Under the pieces are notes generated by a model that saw only the letters and a list, made by a program, of their open reading frames with translations, searched no databases and was not told the DNA's origin. DNA of 64,000 bases. It comes from the human T2T-CHM13v2.0 reference genome, Homo sapiens. The position numbers were made by a program, and so were the translations under genes. The stretch is from the NCBI RefSeq assembly GCF_009914755.1, contig NC_060925.1. The stretch is one strand, 5' to 3'. Position 1 is the first letter of the stretch. Each line of letters starts with the position of its first letter. Below are positions 26,820 through 41,380 of this stretch, piece by piece.

Positions 26820-29800
26820 ACTCAGCAATAACTAAACTAACTCATATAAAGTTATTTCCAATCCTAATAAACATGGGGAAATTAGTGCATAACATAAAAA
26901 AGTAATAAAAGAATGCCTGATAAATGAATTAAAAATGTGGTCCTTTTAAAATATTGAATAAATATTTAGCTAAACTAATGAAGTAAAAAAAAATTAAGAC
27001 AACTCAAAATATCAGAAATAAGAATAGAGATATAAAAAGAGATACGGAAGAAATTTTAAAAATCACATTGTGATTTATTTTGAATACTAAATTGAAAATC
27101 ATGAATAACTGATTGTGCAAAACCAAAAACCAAAATAAACAGATACATTACCACAGAATTTATACCAAAAATGTAAAGGCGTCTTCCCACTTCCACAGAA
27201 AAGTTGTTTACCAGAGAGAGTCAAAGTGATATTTTATTTTTAACTCAAGGAAAACCTCATTTAAAAGCAATTTTATCTGTTCTAGGAAAGTTTCCAAAAT
27301 ATTTAATCAAGTCAGCATAAAACTAATACCAAAATCTGTCAAAAAAAGCATAATAAAATAAACTGCTTCAAAATATATTTCACCCCATATCAATAAAATA
27401 CTAAATAAAATATTTACAAATATAATCCCATAACAGAAAAATAGTAAAAAAGAACACTGAGCATGAGACAATGACATTTATTTCAAGAATACAAATGGTT
27501 TAAGATTGGGAAGGAAAGCAATGTAATATATTATATATTATAATAATATTAGTGTGAAAATCAAAAGCATTATTATAATATTGGATTTTGAAAAGACATT
27601 AGAGAAAAATTTACTTCAATTCTTACATTAAAAAATCAAAACTCTTAATAATGAATGAATGGATGGATATATCTCTCACGTGATATATATGATATATATG
27701 TTTCACATGATATATATACCTTTCACATGATATATATGTATAAATGCATGTGTGTATTTGTATGTATAGCCTTATTTTTATTTTACTCTATGTATGTAAT
27801 TAGATTATACTTGTGTGGGGGGTGTGTATGTGTGTGTGTGTTTGTGTGTTTGTGTGTGAAAGAGAGAGAGAGAGAGATTGAGACTGAAGGATCCTTAATG
27901 TTAAAATATGCACAATACTTTCATTAAATATAAAAGCAAGAATGATATGTCCCTTGTTTTGTTGTTCAAAATATTTGCATCCCCTTTTTACCAGGTCCCT
28001 TCCTACCCACTTGGCCACATAACATGTTTGTTCAATGAAGTGTGAGTGGAAATGACTGTGTCATTTCCAAGTAGAATCTAGTTTGATAATTATCCTATGT
28101 CTCAGATACTCTAATTTTCCATCTGCTAGGAGACCAATTTTACTCAAACAAAGGCTACACCTGTGTCCTTGGTCCCGGGCTACAACAGAAATAGAGAGGC
28201 TCTTCAGCTAAACTGAGATAGACAAGAATGTAAGAAGATTTGTCATTTGTCACCACAGCAAAATAATCTAACTTGACATACCTAATATCATTCTTATTTA
28301 ACATTCTTCTAGAAGTTGTGAAAACCGCAATTATGAAAAGAAAAGAATCAAGTACAAATTTAAAAATAGTGGAGACAATTTTCTGTATGTGTGAAAAATA
28401 CGTGTTTAAAATTAATCAAAAAACTCTAGTGAAATGTAAATATTTTAGAAATAAAAAATTCTGAAATTTAGGCATTTTTTATTGCCTATATAAAAATTTA
28501 GGCAATTTCTGAGAAATCTTGAGAAATGGGACTCTTCTGCCAGTCCCATATTTTTGCAGTGTGGAGGAAAGGTGGTAAAAGCCTTTTGATATCACAGGTT
28601 GTAAGATTTTCTTTCTCATGGGAATAAAATGGCAGCAATTTCTACACTTCTATAAAATTTCAACATGATCTGTAAATCTTCCATGTCACTCTCTACCAGA
28701 AGTGGGATGTGCAGAACTTTTTGGAGGAGTTTATATTTGCTTCACCTGTGCCTGAAAGACTTCAGCTAAAATAAAATATCTAAGTGTCAACTATTTTGCT
28801 TATCGACATTTACTGTTGCCAATAAAGAATAGAGATGAACTTGTCTATTGAACCATTTCAAATAAAGTGAGATAAAATGGAGTCTCAACACTGCCAATCA
28901 TCCTTCCTCCAGCTGAGATAAATAAGCCACTTTGTAACCAGTAAAATCTTTCATGTCTTTCCCTACTCAAAGTGGGAAGCACAGAACTGAAGACATGGAG
29001 AAAATTAAGACAGGAAGAAAAAAGTTTATTATCTTCAGTGGTTTGAAGTAACAAAAGCAGCCTTCCAAATCTAGTATGTGAAATCATTGTTACTTAAATT
29101 GTTTCAGGAAACAATTACACAGAGAAAATACAAGGAATTAGTTTACTGTAAGACTTTTTGATTACCTGAAAAGTTCCTCTATTTTAAAAAGATAAATTAA
29201 ATAATTAATATCTAGTAAAGAAAAAGAAGTTTTGATTCATATTGGCAAAATGTTCAAATTATATCATGGTAGGATATCAAACTACTATAAAACTGCTATA
29301 ATAAAAGTGTTTAGGACAAATCAGGTATAGTCAGAAGTCTAATAAATGAAAACAAATTCTACTCCTGACCAAAAATACATATGGAAATTTAGTAAATACA
29401 AACAAAGCATTTGACATTTTATATGGGGAAAGAGAGGTAATTCAGTAAATTGCCGACAGGAAATCTTTTTTTTTTTTCTTAAAGGCTAGATTCTGATTTT
29501 AATTTTTCTGGACAAAAAGTTTCCTAAGTGGATCAATAATTTTAATGCGTAATAATAAAAATGAAGTTATAGTATTACATAAATTAAATTGAAAAATTTC
29601 AAAAATGGTGCTAGAGAGAAGGCCTATGAAATGTAATAAATAATATGAAAGACATAAAGAAAATATTTTACAAATTGGCTACAAAGAAATTAATTTATAG
29701 CAGGAAATGTCAAAAAGAGGTCAAAATATAAAATTCAAGATTAGAGTTATTTGTTGCAGTTATATAATACAGTTTATTTCCTACAATCAAGGTACTCTTA

Positions 29801-30360
29801 CAAACGCCAATAAATGAATAAACATTATAAACCAATTAACATATAAATATATAATAGAACAAGAGATCATATAAGTAGAAACCTCTACATGAAGAAATAT
29901 AAAACGTCACTAAGAACATGTAAGAGTGTTTATAAAGTTTTAAAAGTCTCATGTGGATTGCATGTTTTGGTGAAACAGACTGTCATAACTACTGGTATCA
30001 GTACTTGTATTTGAGGGGAATAAAATTTGGTAAGTCATAATTTTATGAGTCTTAATTTTATAATAGCAAAATTATTTCTAGAATATTTTGCAAGCAGCTG
30101 ACTGCAAATATCAATGATCAACAACATGGATTGCATTATATTATTAGGCCTCAAACTGGCAACAACTATTCATAAATAGAGCCCAATTAAATAAAAATAG
30201 CTTAATTGACATATAAAATATATTGTCTTTTAAGTGAAGTAGCTTAAAAGTAGTCTAAAGTTTAAAATATAAAAATGAAAACTAAATTGTAGAAAAGTAT
30301 TTTTGGTGTAATGCTTGTTAACCATGAACATACACAGAAAATTCCTGAGAATGTGGAGAA
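26820..30360 (+). mobile_element. Highly diverged L1ME ORF2/3' fragments, discontinuous, with an MLT1-like piece at ~27980-28280
   Basis: 'agcataaaactaataccaaaatctg', 'atttaacattcttctagaagtt', 'aaactggcaacaac' and similar. Boundaries are approximate. Confidence 0.5.
27665..27878. repeat. Compound (TA)n/(TG)n/(GA)n microsatellite
   Basis: Repeated 'tcaca/gtgatatatat' units, followed by TG and GA runs. Confidence 0.85.
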
Positions 30361-31289
30361 GAACGCATGACATACAGGCATTTACAGAGAATAGATTATT
30401 GTGTGAGAAGTATAACACATGTGTTTATTATTTGGAATATTTCACTTAAAAAATAAGAATAGCACATAAAATTAATAACAGGCTAATTAAATAGACATTG
30501 TTATTTAAAAATATCTTGACAAACTATAGAAATTTGTATTGATATTGCTTACATCTCTTTAGATTTTTGACCATTCTTTCCTAAGAAGATTAGATTATAA
30601 ACATTTTCTATTCTAAGTATATTCATGATCTCACTGACCTCTTTGATAGTTGAGTAGTATTGCTATTGTAAAAAAGATAAATTTTAAAGCTATATTTATT
30701 ATATATATATTCTAAAATATAATTTATCATAAGGCTTTCAACTATCTTTGAAATCTTAAAATTTTGGCAAACATCAATATTGTCTTGTAAAAGCAGATAT
30801 ATAATATTCAATGAATTAGCTTCTTTAATTCTTAGTCTCTTTATATTTATGGCTCATCTCTTAATTTATATATTTTCATTAGGTTTCAGTATAAAAGTGT
30901 GTATATATTGTATATTTTTCAGCATTTATTTTTCTGTAATATTTTAGGAAAAAATACAGTTTTCTTTTTTGGGAGGCTATAACAACAGCAAAAATATTTA
31001 CATGATATAAATCGCTTCATGAGAGGCTCCTATTCTACTATTAAAATTATTTACAAGAGTAATTAATGACAGGTGAAAAATATACATTTGACTGCAAATT
31101 AAAATTAACACCTGTAATACAATTATAATTTTTAAAATATACAAATATATGAAGTTCCATGCCAAATGCCATTTAATATTAAATATGCACAAATTAGGAA
31201 ACTTTAGAAGATTCCCTCATAATTTCTACAAACTTCTAGGAAAGGCTAATTCGCTCCTTGTCAATCAAACTAAAGAGGGCTTCCAGTTA

Positions 31290-31805
31290 ACTTTTACATT
31301 TGGTATAAAACAAGGATATAATTTCATTTTTTTTTTTTTTTTTGCATATAGATATCCAGTTTTTTCAGCACCACTTATTGAGGAGGCTTTCCTTTCCCCA
31401 TTGGTTACTGTAGGTGCCCTTGTTAAAGATTAGTTGACCATATACCTGTGTGTTAATTTCTGGGCTCTCTGTTGTGCTTCATTGGTCTACGTGTCAGTTT
31501 TTATGCTAGAACCATACTGTTATGATTACTATAGCTTTGTAATAGTTTGAAATCAGGGGATAAGATGTCTCCAGCTTTCTTCTTCTGTCTCAAAATCGCT
31601 TTGACTATTTGGGGTCTTTTGTGGTTACATACTAATTTTATGATTGTTTGTATTATATCTATGAAAAATGTTATTGGGATTTTGATTGAGAATGGCTTGA
31701 ATATGTGGATCACTTTGAATATCATGAATATTTTAACAATATTAATTATTCCAATCTATGTACATGGGATATATTACACTTATTTTTGTCTCCTTTAATT
31801 TCTTT
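31290..31805 (-). mobile_element. L1MA ORF2 fragment
   Basis: 'gcatatagatatccagttttttcagcaccacttattg...tagctttgtaatagtttgaaatcagg...ttttaacaatattaatt'. Confidence 0.85.
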
Positions 31806-32386
31806 AAGCCCTAGAGCAACCTCTAAAACAAAATAGTTCTGTAATCAATAAGTCAAAGTAGATAAAAATGTAATTATTTAACTTTTTTTTTTTACTTAAA
31901 AGAAGAAAATAGAACCTAAAATGGGGAGGAAAGGACAAAAAATAGATGATATCAATAGAAAACAAATAGAATGATAAATTAAAATTAGCCATATGAATAA
32001 CTACATTAATTTAAATTATTTTCACAGTTCACTAAAGACAGAAATTATCATACTGGATAAAAATAATGGGTGAAGACCTAACTAAATTTTGTCTAAATGG
32101 AACCTACTTTAGCTATGAAGAGTTTTGTGTTTAAAATATATGTATTTATGGTAATAGAATTGTATTCTATAGTTGTTTTTTTTTAAGTAAAGATTTTATT
32201 ATGAAAACCTAGATATTTTCACTGAAATATCTGCCATTCCCTTTATTTGTGCTTCTCTTTTTTCTCTCTGGCTAATTTTAAGATTTAAGTTTTATTACAA
32301 GTTTTGAAAAGATTGATTGTGATATACTTTGCTGTAGTTTTTTTCACGTTTCTTGTGCTTTAATTTTTTATATATTTAGATCTCTG

Positions 32387-32905
32387 TGTCAGAGGCATTG
32401 GAACCACAGTGACTCCATTTTGAGTGAGGGCTAGGAAAATGAGGCTGGGACTTGCTGGGCTGCATTCCCAGAATGTTAGGCATTCCTAGCCTCTAGATGT
32501 TTACAGTTAATGGAACACATTAATAATGTTTACTTAACCGACCCAGACTTGAGAGTGTCTAGATATCCCAATATCTGGAGAAAAAAGTCATTCCTAATTT
32601 TGCTTTAAAGGTAATAATATCAATTCTTACAAAATATAGTAATTGAGAAAATTAATCCTCTATCACAAACCCTTGTAGCAGAGCACATCTCTCCACATAT
32701 ATACGCATTGTACCTAGGGTGGATGCATCCCTCCTCTTACTTTTGGGAATGTCCTACTCTGTCTATGGAGTAGCTGCCCTTTCACCACTTTACTTTCTTA
32801 ATAAACTTGCTTTGCTTTGCACTGCGGACTCGCCCTGAATTCTTTCTTGTGCGAGATCCAAGAACCTTCTCTTGAGGTCTGGATTCATACCCCTTTCATG
32901 TAACA
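32387..32905 (+). mobile_element. MER41 (C/D-like) ERV1 solo LTR inserted into an old antisense L1ME
   Basis: TG...CA termini (tgtcagaggc...tgtaaca), AATAAA near 32800, 4-bp TSD tctg (32383-86 and 32906-09). Confidence 0.9.
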
Positions 32906-33563
32906 TCTGGACTTGCATTTTTATCAAATTTGGAAACTTTAAGCCATTAAGAACAATTGTTTTCTGTACCTACATCTTTCTCCTCTTTATCAGAGACTCA
33001 AATTACGTAAACATTATGTGGTTTGGAATCATCCCACAGCTGGCTAAGGCACTCTTCCTGTCTTTATTTTATTTTTCTCTGTGTTTTATTTTGAATATTT
33101 TCTATTGCTAAATCTTCAGGTTCACTATTTTTTTCTTCTGTAACATCTAATATGCCATTAATCCTGTCTAGTGTATCTTTTTATTTCAGATGTGGTAGCT
33201 TTAAAGTCTAAAAGTTCAACTTTAGTATTTTTTATACCTTCTATGTCTCTACTTCACTTTTAAATACATGAAATACATGAAATTGTTTATTTGTTGTTTT
33301 GACCAATTCTAAGATGTGTGATAGGTCTTTGTAAGTTTAGATTGACTGAATTTTCTCCTAGTTTTGGAATACATTTAAGTTATTTTGAAATATTTTAATC
33401 CACATAGACCTTGCTTTTAAGATATTTTAAGAAGCACCAGATCAATGGTATATCTAAAGACAATTATTCCCCTGTATCGGAACAGAACACTTCTGTAAAA
33501 TCTAGGCAATGCTCAATGAATTTTGAGATTTTTTCATTATGACTTTTAGAAAAGGCACCTCTA

Positions 33564-33889
33564 GGCCAAGTGTGGTGGCTCACACCTGTAATCCCAGCAC
33601 TTTAAGAGGCTGAGGTAGGTGGGTCATGAGGTCAGGAGTTCGAGACCAGCCTGACCAACATGGAAAAACCCCGTCTCTACTAAAAATACAAAAATTAGTC
33701 GGGTGTGGTAGCGAGCGCATGTAATTCCAGCTACTCAGAAGGCTGAGGAAGGAGAACCACTTGAACCTGGGAGGCGGAGGTTGCAGTGAGCCGAGATCAC
33801 GCCATTGCACTCCAACTTGGGCGACAGAGCAAGACTCTGTCTCAAAACAAACAAACAAACAAACAAACAAAAAACAGAGAGAGAGAGAA
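33564..33889 (+). mobile_element. AluS (Sg/Sx-like) with (AAAC)n/(GA)n tail
   Basis: Full dimer with approximate TSD gaaa..acctct. Confidence 0.95.
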
Positions 33890-34208
33890 AGTTACCTCTC
33901 TTCCTTTCAGGTCTTTCAGGTGATCCTTTCCTCAATCTCAGGTAGTTTCCCGCCATTAAACTCCTACTGACTAGCAATACAAATACACAGTGGAGATGCT
34001 CTGCAGATCTTTAAAAATTTCTATATTTAACGTTCCTAACTCTAGTACTTAGTCCTGTGAACTCTAGTTGCCTTATTCTAGCCAGATTCTCAGCTCTATC
34101 TCCTCCTCTCAAGGAATCTAATGTGATCCATCTTATTCTTTATGTTACAGTATAGAAAATCTGTGAGCCAAAGTCCAGAGTATAAATTCACACAAAGAGT
34201 ATTTTTAA

Positions 34209-34558
<350 letters not shown>

Positions 34559-34569
34559 TTCAGAAATAT

Positions 34570-35530
34570 TCTTAAGCAAAATGAAGAAACTTTAGAAAGC
34601 TTTAAAGTGGGAGCAAAATATAGAGAAGAGGTTATCATAAAAGATTTATGAATGTGCCTTTTGTCTAATTGGAGACAAAACCAATAAAACTCAAGTGAAG
34701 TCTGTAAGATTGTTAGAAGATTTTGTAAGCAAAGGACTACTAGCTTTCGCTGAAAGGGATCAATAAAGTACAAAATGAGAAGGGGCCTTTGAACATCCAA
34801 TAATATACTGTCAGGAGTCAGGTTGGTATAAAACGACTGATAAAATGGCTCACCTGCAAATATTTGCAACTTTTCACTGAAAAGAAAATGTAGCTTAGAG
34901 AGCAGATACAAGACCCTAGAGAGTAGAGCCAAGAATCATGGGAGATCATTTTCAGGCTTTAATAAAGAAGAAACTTAATCAAGAAACTTAAGAAGAATCA
35001 AACATTTTTCTAATAGTATTTCAAAACTGTTTTGGGTCAGTGTCCCAGGGTATGTACAAGTCCTGGCATGACATAATAGTTCTCTGTGCAGTGCTGAAAT
35101 CAAGGTACCAGCTAAGGATGTCATCTTTATCTGCCGTTCTTATTCATTCATTTTTAACCAGATGCACATAACTGTTATCCTGTGCTTGTCCACGAATGTC
35201 TATTGGTGTTAGGGAAAATAAGTTGTCTCTTTACATGCACATGTCCAGAAAAGTGATTGAGAGAAAATATGACCCCAGGACCTGCACTAAGTGATTTATA
35301 TCTATGTGCACCTGATTTAGAAGATTTAAACTGTAAAATTTGAAACTGTAAGCTTATGAGATTTAGGGACTATTTTGGACTTTGAGCTAATGAGATGATA
35401 TAATTAGATTTAGATGATAGTACTTTAGTTAGATTTGACCTGGTAATGAAACAAAATGTACTGAAGGAAGTAAGTGTATTTTGCCATTAGGAAGAAAATG
35501 AACCTTAGAAATTCAAGAGGGCAGACTACA
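34570..35530 (+). mobile_element. MLT1 internal region, 3' part
   Basis: 'ttggactttgagctaatg...aagtgtattttgc...gagggcagac' resembles the MaLR-int 3' end and polypurine tract. Confidence 0.5.
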
Positions 35531-35549
35531 CTAGGTGATTTTAAGATTT

Positions 35550-35900
35550 CTATAGACAATGTTTGTGTCTCTCCAAAATTAGTAGGTTAAAAACATAATT
35601 TAAATGTGATGGTATTTGAAGTTGGCACCTTTGAAAAGTTGCTTAAATCATGATGGTGGAGCCCTAATGAAATCAGTGTTTTTATAAAAGAGTCCACAGA
35701 GAATTTCCCTATCACCTTCTGCCATATGAAGTTACAGTGAAGACAACCCTCTACAGACCAGGAAGCAGGTTCTAACTTGACACTGACTCTTTCAGTGCCT
35801 TGATCTTCCAAGCCTCTGGAATCATGAGAAATAAATTTCTGTTGTTTGTAAACCACCCAGTCTATGATTTGCTGTTACAGCAGCCCAAATAGGCCTTAGT
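35550..35900 (+). mobile_element. MLT1A-type LTR
   Basis: 'aatgtttgtgtctctccaaaatt...gtggagccctaatg...gccttgatcttcc...aaataaatttctgttgttt...cagcccaaatagg'. Confidence 0.8.
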
Positions 35901-36422
35901 ATTGTTTTTCCATATTTTCACTATGGTGTGCCTAGTTGTGTTTTATTTTTACTTAACCTCCTGATTTTCTGAGAGTGTTCTTTTGTGTTTTTGTTTATTT
36001 CAAATATTCTTAGCAATAGTGTCTTCAAATATAACTTGAACCCTATATCCTGTTTCTTTTCCTATTGGAACTCATATCACATGTATATTGGCACCATTTA
36101 GTACTGCTCTATAAACCTTTCCCTACCATCTAGTGGATGCTCTATTTTGTTTTTATTTTTTACTCTATTTACTCTTTATGTTCCATTTGGATAATTACTA
36201 GTGCTTTATCTTCAAGTTGGCTGATTTTCCCCTCATCTATCAAATCTAGTGATTCTATTAAATACCTTCTTAATTTATATTTTCCATTTTTTTCCAAATT
36301 ATTCTTTCCATAAGGTCCAGCTTTACTGAAATTCCTCATTGATTCATGCTTGTTATCTACTTTTTCTACTAAATCATTTGACACTTTAATCAAAGCTACT
36401 TTGTAGTTACTACATGAATTAA

Positions 36423-37372
<950 letters not shown>

Positions 37373-38567
37373 AGACCATCCTTAGAACTTCAAAGGATTA
37401 TATGCTTACAACATGCAAAATGCCTTTGCAAATTGCAAGGTCCACAACTGCAGAGGCATTGCTCTTTTTTGTATCAAAACTTCTACTTTTTATTGATTTT
37501 TTAAATTCATGACATATCATATGGTCAGTCTAACATGACTCACTAATAATGAATTGTCTCCTGTGAAGCAATAAGAGGCTTCCCTTGTCCCTGATAAGGT
37601 ATGAACACATCATCTGCCTGCCCACCAATCATTGGTACCATACCACATTCTTCTTACAAATGCACCTTTTTGTCTCATAAATTTGCTCTCTACCCAAATC
37701 TATAGCACCACTTCATCAACCTTCTGTACTATCACATCTACAGGCATGTATAAGAGCCAAATTCTATATTTTTCCTAAAGTGGGAAATTGTGGTAGTTCC
37801 GTCTTTAATATCCTCCATATGACAGCCCAACTATGCCATCGCCTGCATTTCTCTTTCCCTCTGCCCTGGTTTTAACGTTGTACAGGTCTGCAAGTCTGCT
37901 TTTTAAAAAGAAGACCAACAAAATACCCAATAAAATGTTGTCCATAATCACTGAACTCCCCCAAATTAGCTTATTCTCTCCCAGTCTTCACTTTATATAT
38001 GCTAGGTGTCCTGGAAATGAATACGTTGTTGATAGAGAATTCTCTGAATTGACTACTCAGAATAATCTCTGGAGAAAGATGCTAGCCATTACTTTCCACT
38101 GATTTCTGAATTTAGGATATGAAGCATTCAGCCTTCTTTTTCTGTTCAGATTGGGAGCTTAGATTTAATTTCTGGACTATTGACAAAACCTCACTCTATA
38201 TCTTCTTTTACTTATATCTACTGTAACAGGTGATTTTTTAAACCATTTTAGGAGAATGATTTATGATTTAGAACTGAAAACAGCACAGGAAGTACAATTC
38301 CCTTTTTATAATGGTTCCTAAATATATTGGAAACCAGATTGTATTATTAAAAGTTTCTGAGTATTTTCTTTGTTTTGTGTGACTGAATTTTTCTTACATA
38401 ACCCCACACTCTTCAGAATGTATTTACATGTAATTGTGTTTGTTTTAATAGTTATTTTATATCAAGAACTTATAACTATAGCCATTTATAACTGATTATA
38501 ATCACATAGCTATTTAGGAACTTATACTTAAATATAAATCACAGTCAAAATCATTATACTACATAAT

Positions 38568-38630
38568 TATCTGGTCAGATATATTTAAGAACACAGAATA
38601 TCTGGTCAGATATATTTAAGAACACAGAAT
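38568..38630. repeat. Perfect 31-bp tandem duplication
   Basis: tatctggtcagatatatttaagaacacagaa x2 (38568, 38599). Confidence 0.97.
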
Positions 38631-39089
38631 CCTCACTGACAAATGCATACTCTCAATATCCATATAGTATAATTTCTTTATGTGCTTAGAAATGCTATTT
38701 GTTGTACATGTTTTGGTTAAAAAAGCTAAACTACTGCTAATTTTCATTATTATTTTCCAAATTGCACAGCTAATTCATTTGTGGACTATTCTAAACAGCA
38801 GAAGCTTTAAAACGGCTTTCAAAGAAGCTGTAAATAAAAAGCTCTTTGATAATTCTGGTTAATAAAGCAATATCAAGATAACAATAGAAAGAGAAAATAA
38901 GGGTTACAGTGTGTTAATTGGGATAAATACAGGATTTTGTTGCTTAAAAATTCAGGTATCCTTGTATTTCTTCAGCATCTGGTAAACTTTTTATATTTTA
39001 CATATAAAGGTTGTTTGTCAAAAGGGGACTTTTCAAAATAAAAATGCAATAATACAAAGTAGAAAAACATCATTAATAATAACCAAAGT

Positions 39090-41380
39090 AAGCACAAATA
39101 CTTCATTTGGGCAGACTAAAATGTATTCCAAATAAATGCCTTATTGAGAATGGATAGTCTCTTCAGCCACTGTGCTAAAACATTTGATATTCACATGCCA
39201 AAAACAACCACAAAACCCCATCTTAACCTATAGTTTCACCACATGCAAAAATTAACTCAATAATGAATCACAGACCTTAAGATAAAACCTAAATCCCTGA
39301 AAATTCTAGCAGACATTATAGCAAAAAATTCTTATAAGCTTGAATTAGACACAAATTTAGATATGACATAAAAATGACGACCCACACAAGAAAAGTGTTA
39401 AAAATTGAACTTCATCAATATTAAAACTTCTGCAATTCAAGAGATAATTTAAGATAATGGAAAGTCAATGAACATACAGGATAAAAATATTTGCAAAATA
39501 AATATATGATGAGTTGTATCTAAAAAAAGTTTCAAACATTTCCTTTAATGTATAAACATGAATAGCAAAGAAGCACACAAAGTCCCCAATATCATAAGTA
39601 ATTACGGAAATAACAAATGAAATCACAGTGAAATACTACTATGCACTTATTAGGAGAAATTAAAAAACAAACAACATTTTAAAACCTGATGGTACCATGT
39701 GCTGGCAAGCATGCCTAGCATCTGGAAATTTTAAACAATGCTGATTGAAATTCAAAAAGATACAGAGTCTTTGGAAAATAGTTTTGTAGTTTCCTAGAAA
39801 ATTAGGAAAACACATTTTATACAACCCAGCAGTTAGAACCCTAGGTATATGCCCAAAACAGAGAAGAATCTAAGTACATACAAAGAAAACTCTATGCCAA
39901 TGTTTATAGAAAATTTATTCATAAGTGCAAAGAACTAGCCATAATCGTCAATTATCTTACTAGTAAATGGATAAATAAACTCTGGCACATTCATTTACGG
40001 AGACTACTGTTTAGCAATAAAAAAATATGTATTTTTAAAACCTTCTTGTGAAACTCAGCAACATAGGTGAATCATAAATGCATTATGCTGAGTAAAAGCT
40101 GCCAGACTCAATGGCTAAATACTATATGCTTACCTTTAATTGATATCCCTAAAAAAAAGGTTATAGCAACAGAAATACAGTAGTATTTGCCAGGACTTTG
40201 AGATAGGGAGATGGGGAGAATGGGGAGAAAGCAAGAGAAATAACATTGAAAAGCATGAGAGAGTATTTTGAGTAATATAATTGTTTTATCTTTGACTGCA
40301 TTGGTCGTTAGATAACTATAATAATTCATCAAAAATAAAAGAACTGTACACATTTTAGGATAAATTTGCTGAATGCAAATTATACTTCAATAAAAATGAG
40401 TAAAAGAAAAAAATCAATGCAAGCCAGCATAATAACAGAATAATGATGTAAAAATATAAGTTTGGTAATTTCAATAGAAGCAGAAAATTTAAGTGACAAA
40501 ATGGAACATAGCTAACCGGGATCATTTTCAGCCTAATAATAAGAACAATAATACCATGAATGTGTTGACTGCACACACACATTCACATACGCACTTGCAT
40601 TTGACAGGCCATTTCATGCTTAAAAATGGAACGTTTTTCTACACAAAAAAGGAACAAAGAAAAAATATACACTTTCAGCACTGCACAACTTTCACTCAAC
40701 ATGCTATTAGGGGTCTTGGCCACTGGAATAACGTTAAAAAAAAAAAGATAGAAAATGAATAATGGTATAAAAGAAGAAAGTAAAATTGTCTTAATTCACA
40801 GATATCATTAAACTATAACTGAAAATTCCAGTAATTCCACACAAAAAAATTTACCATCAATATGTTGATTTAGCAAAGCCCAGAATACAAAAACAGTATG
40901 GTACATGACTTTTTCTCTCAATAGAGTAGTGACAAATATGTGGGAAATCAAATTTTAAAATATGTCATTTAAATATTATGAAATAAACATAAATTTAACA
41001 AACCATAAGAGATATCACTGAGTAAAATTAAGAAGGAATAAGTATGTGGAAAGATACATCCTATTCAAGGATTAATTGACTCAAGATATTTAAATAACAT
41101 TGTTAGACAAATTCTCCTATATTTTAAACACAATCCTAATCAAAATGCTTGCAGGATGTTTTCATGGAAATACATGTATTGAACTAAAATCTGTTTGAAA
41201 ATGCCAGTTCACCTATACTGGATAAAATCTATTTTGAAAAAAATAAGAACAATCTGGTTGACTTACACCACCTGGTTTTAAGAACTAAGATGCAATTACA
41301 GTAATCAAGAAAGCATGCTGTTGGCATGAAAATAGATATAGAGAAAATATAACAAAATGCTGATAGAAATATATGCTTAG
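39090..41380 (+). mobile_element. Old L1M (MC/MD/ME) ORF2 and 3'UTR fragments
   Basis: 'aaaattaactcaa', 'aacttcatcaatattaaaacttctg', 'tgcattatgctgagtaaaag', 'tatacttcaataaaaa' (~40390). A second ORF2 piece lies at ~40620-41380. Confidence 0.7.
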
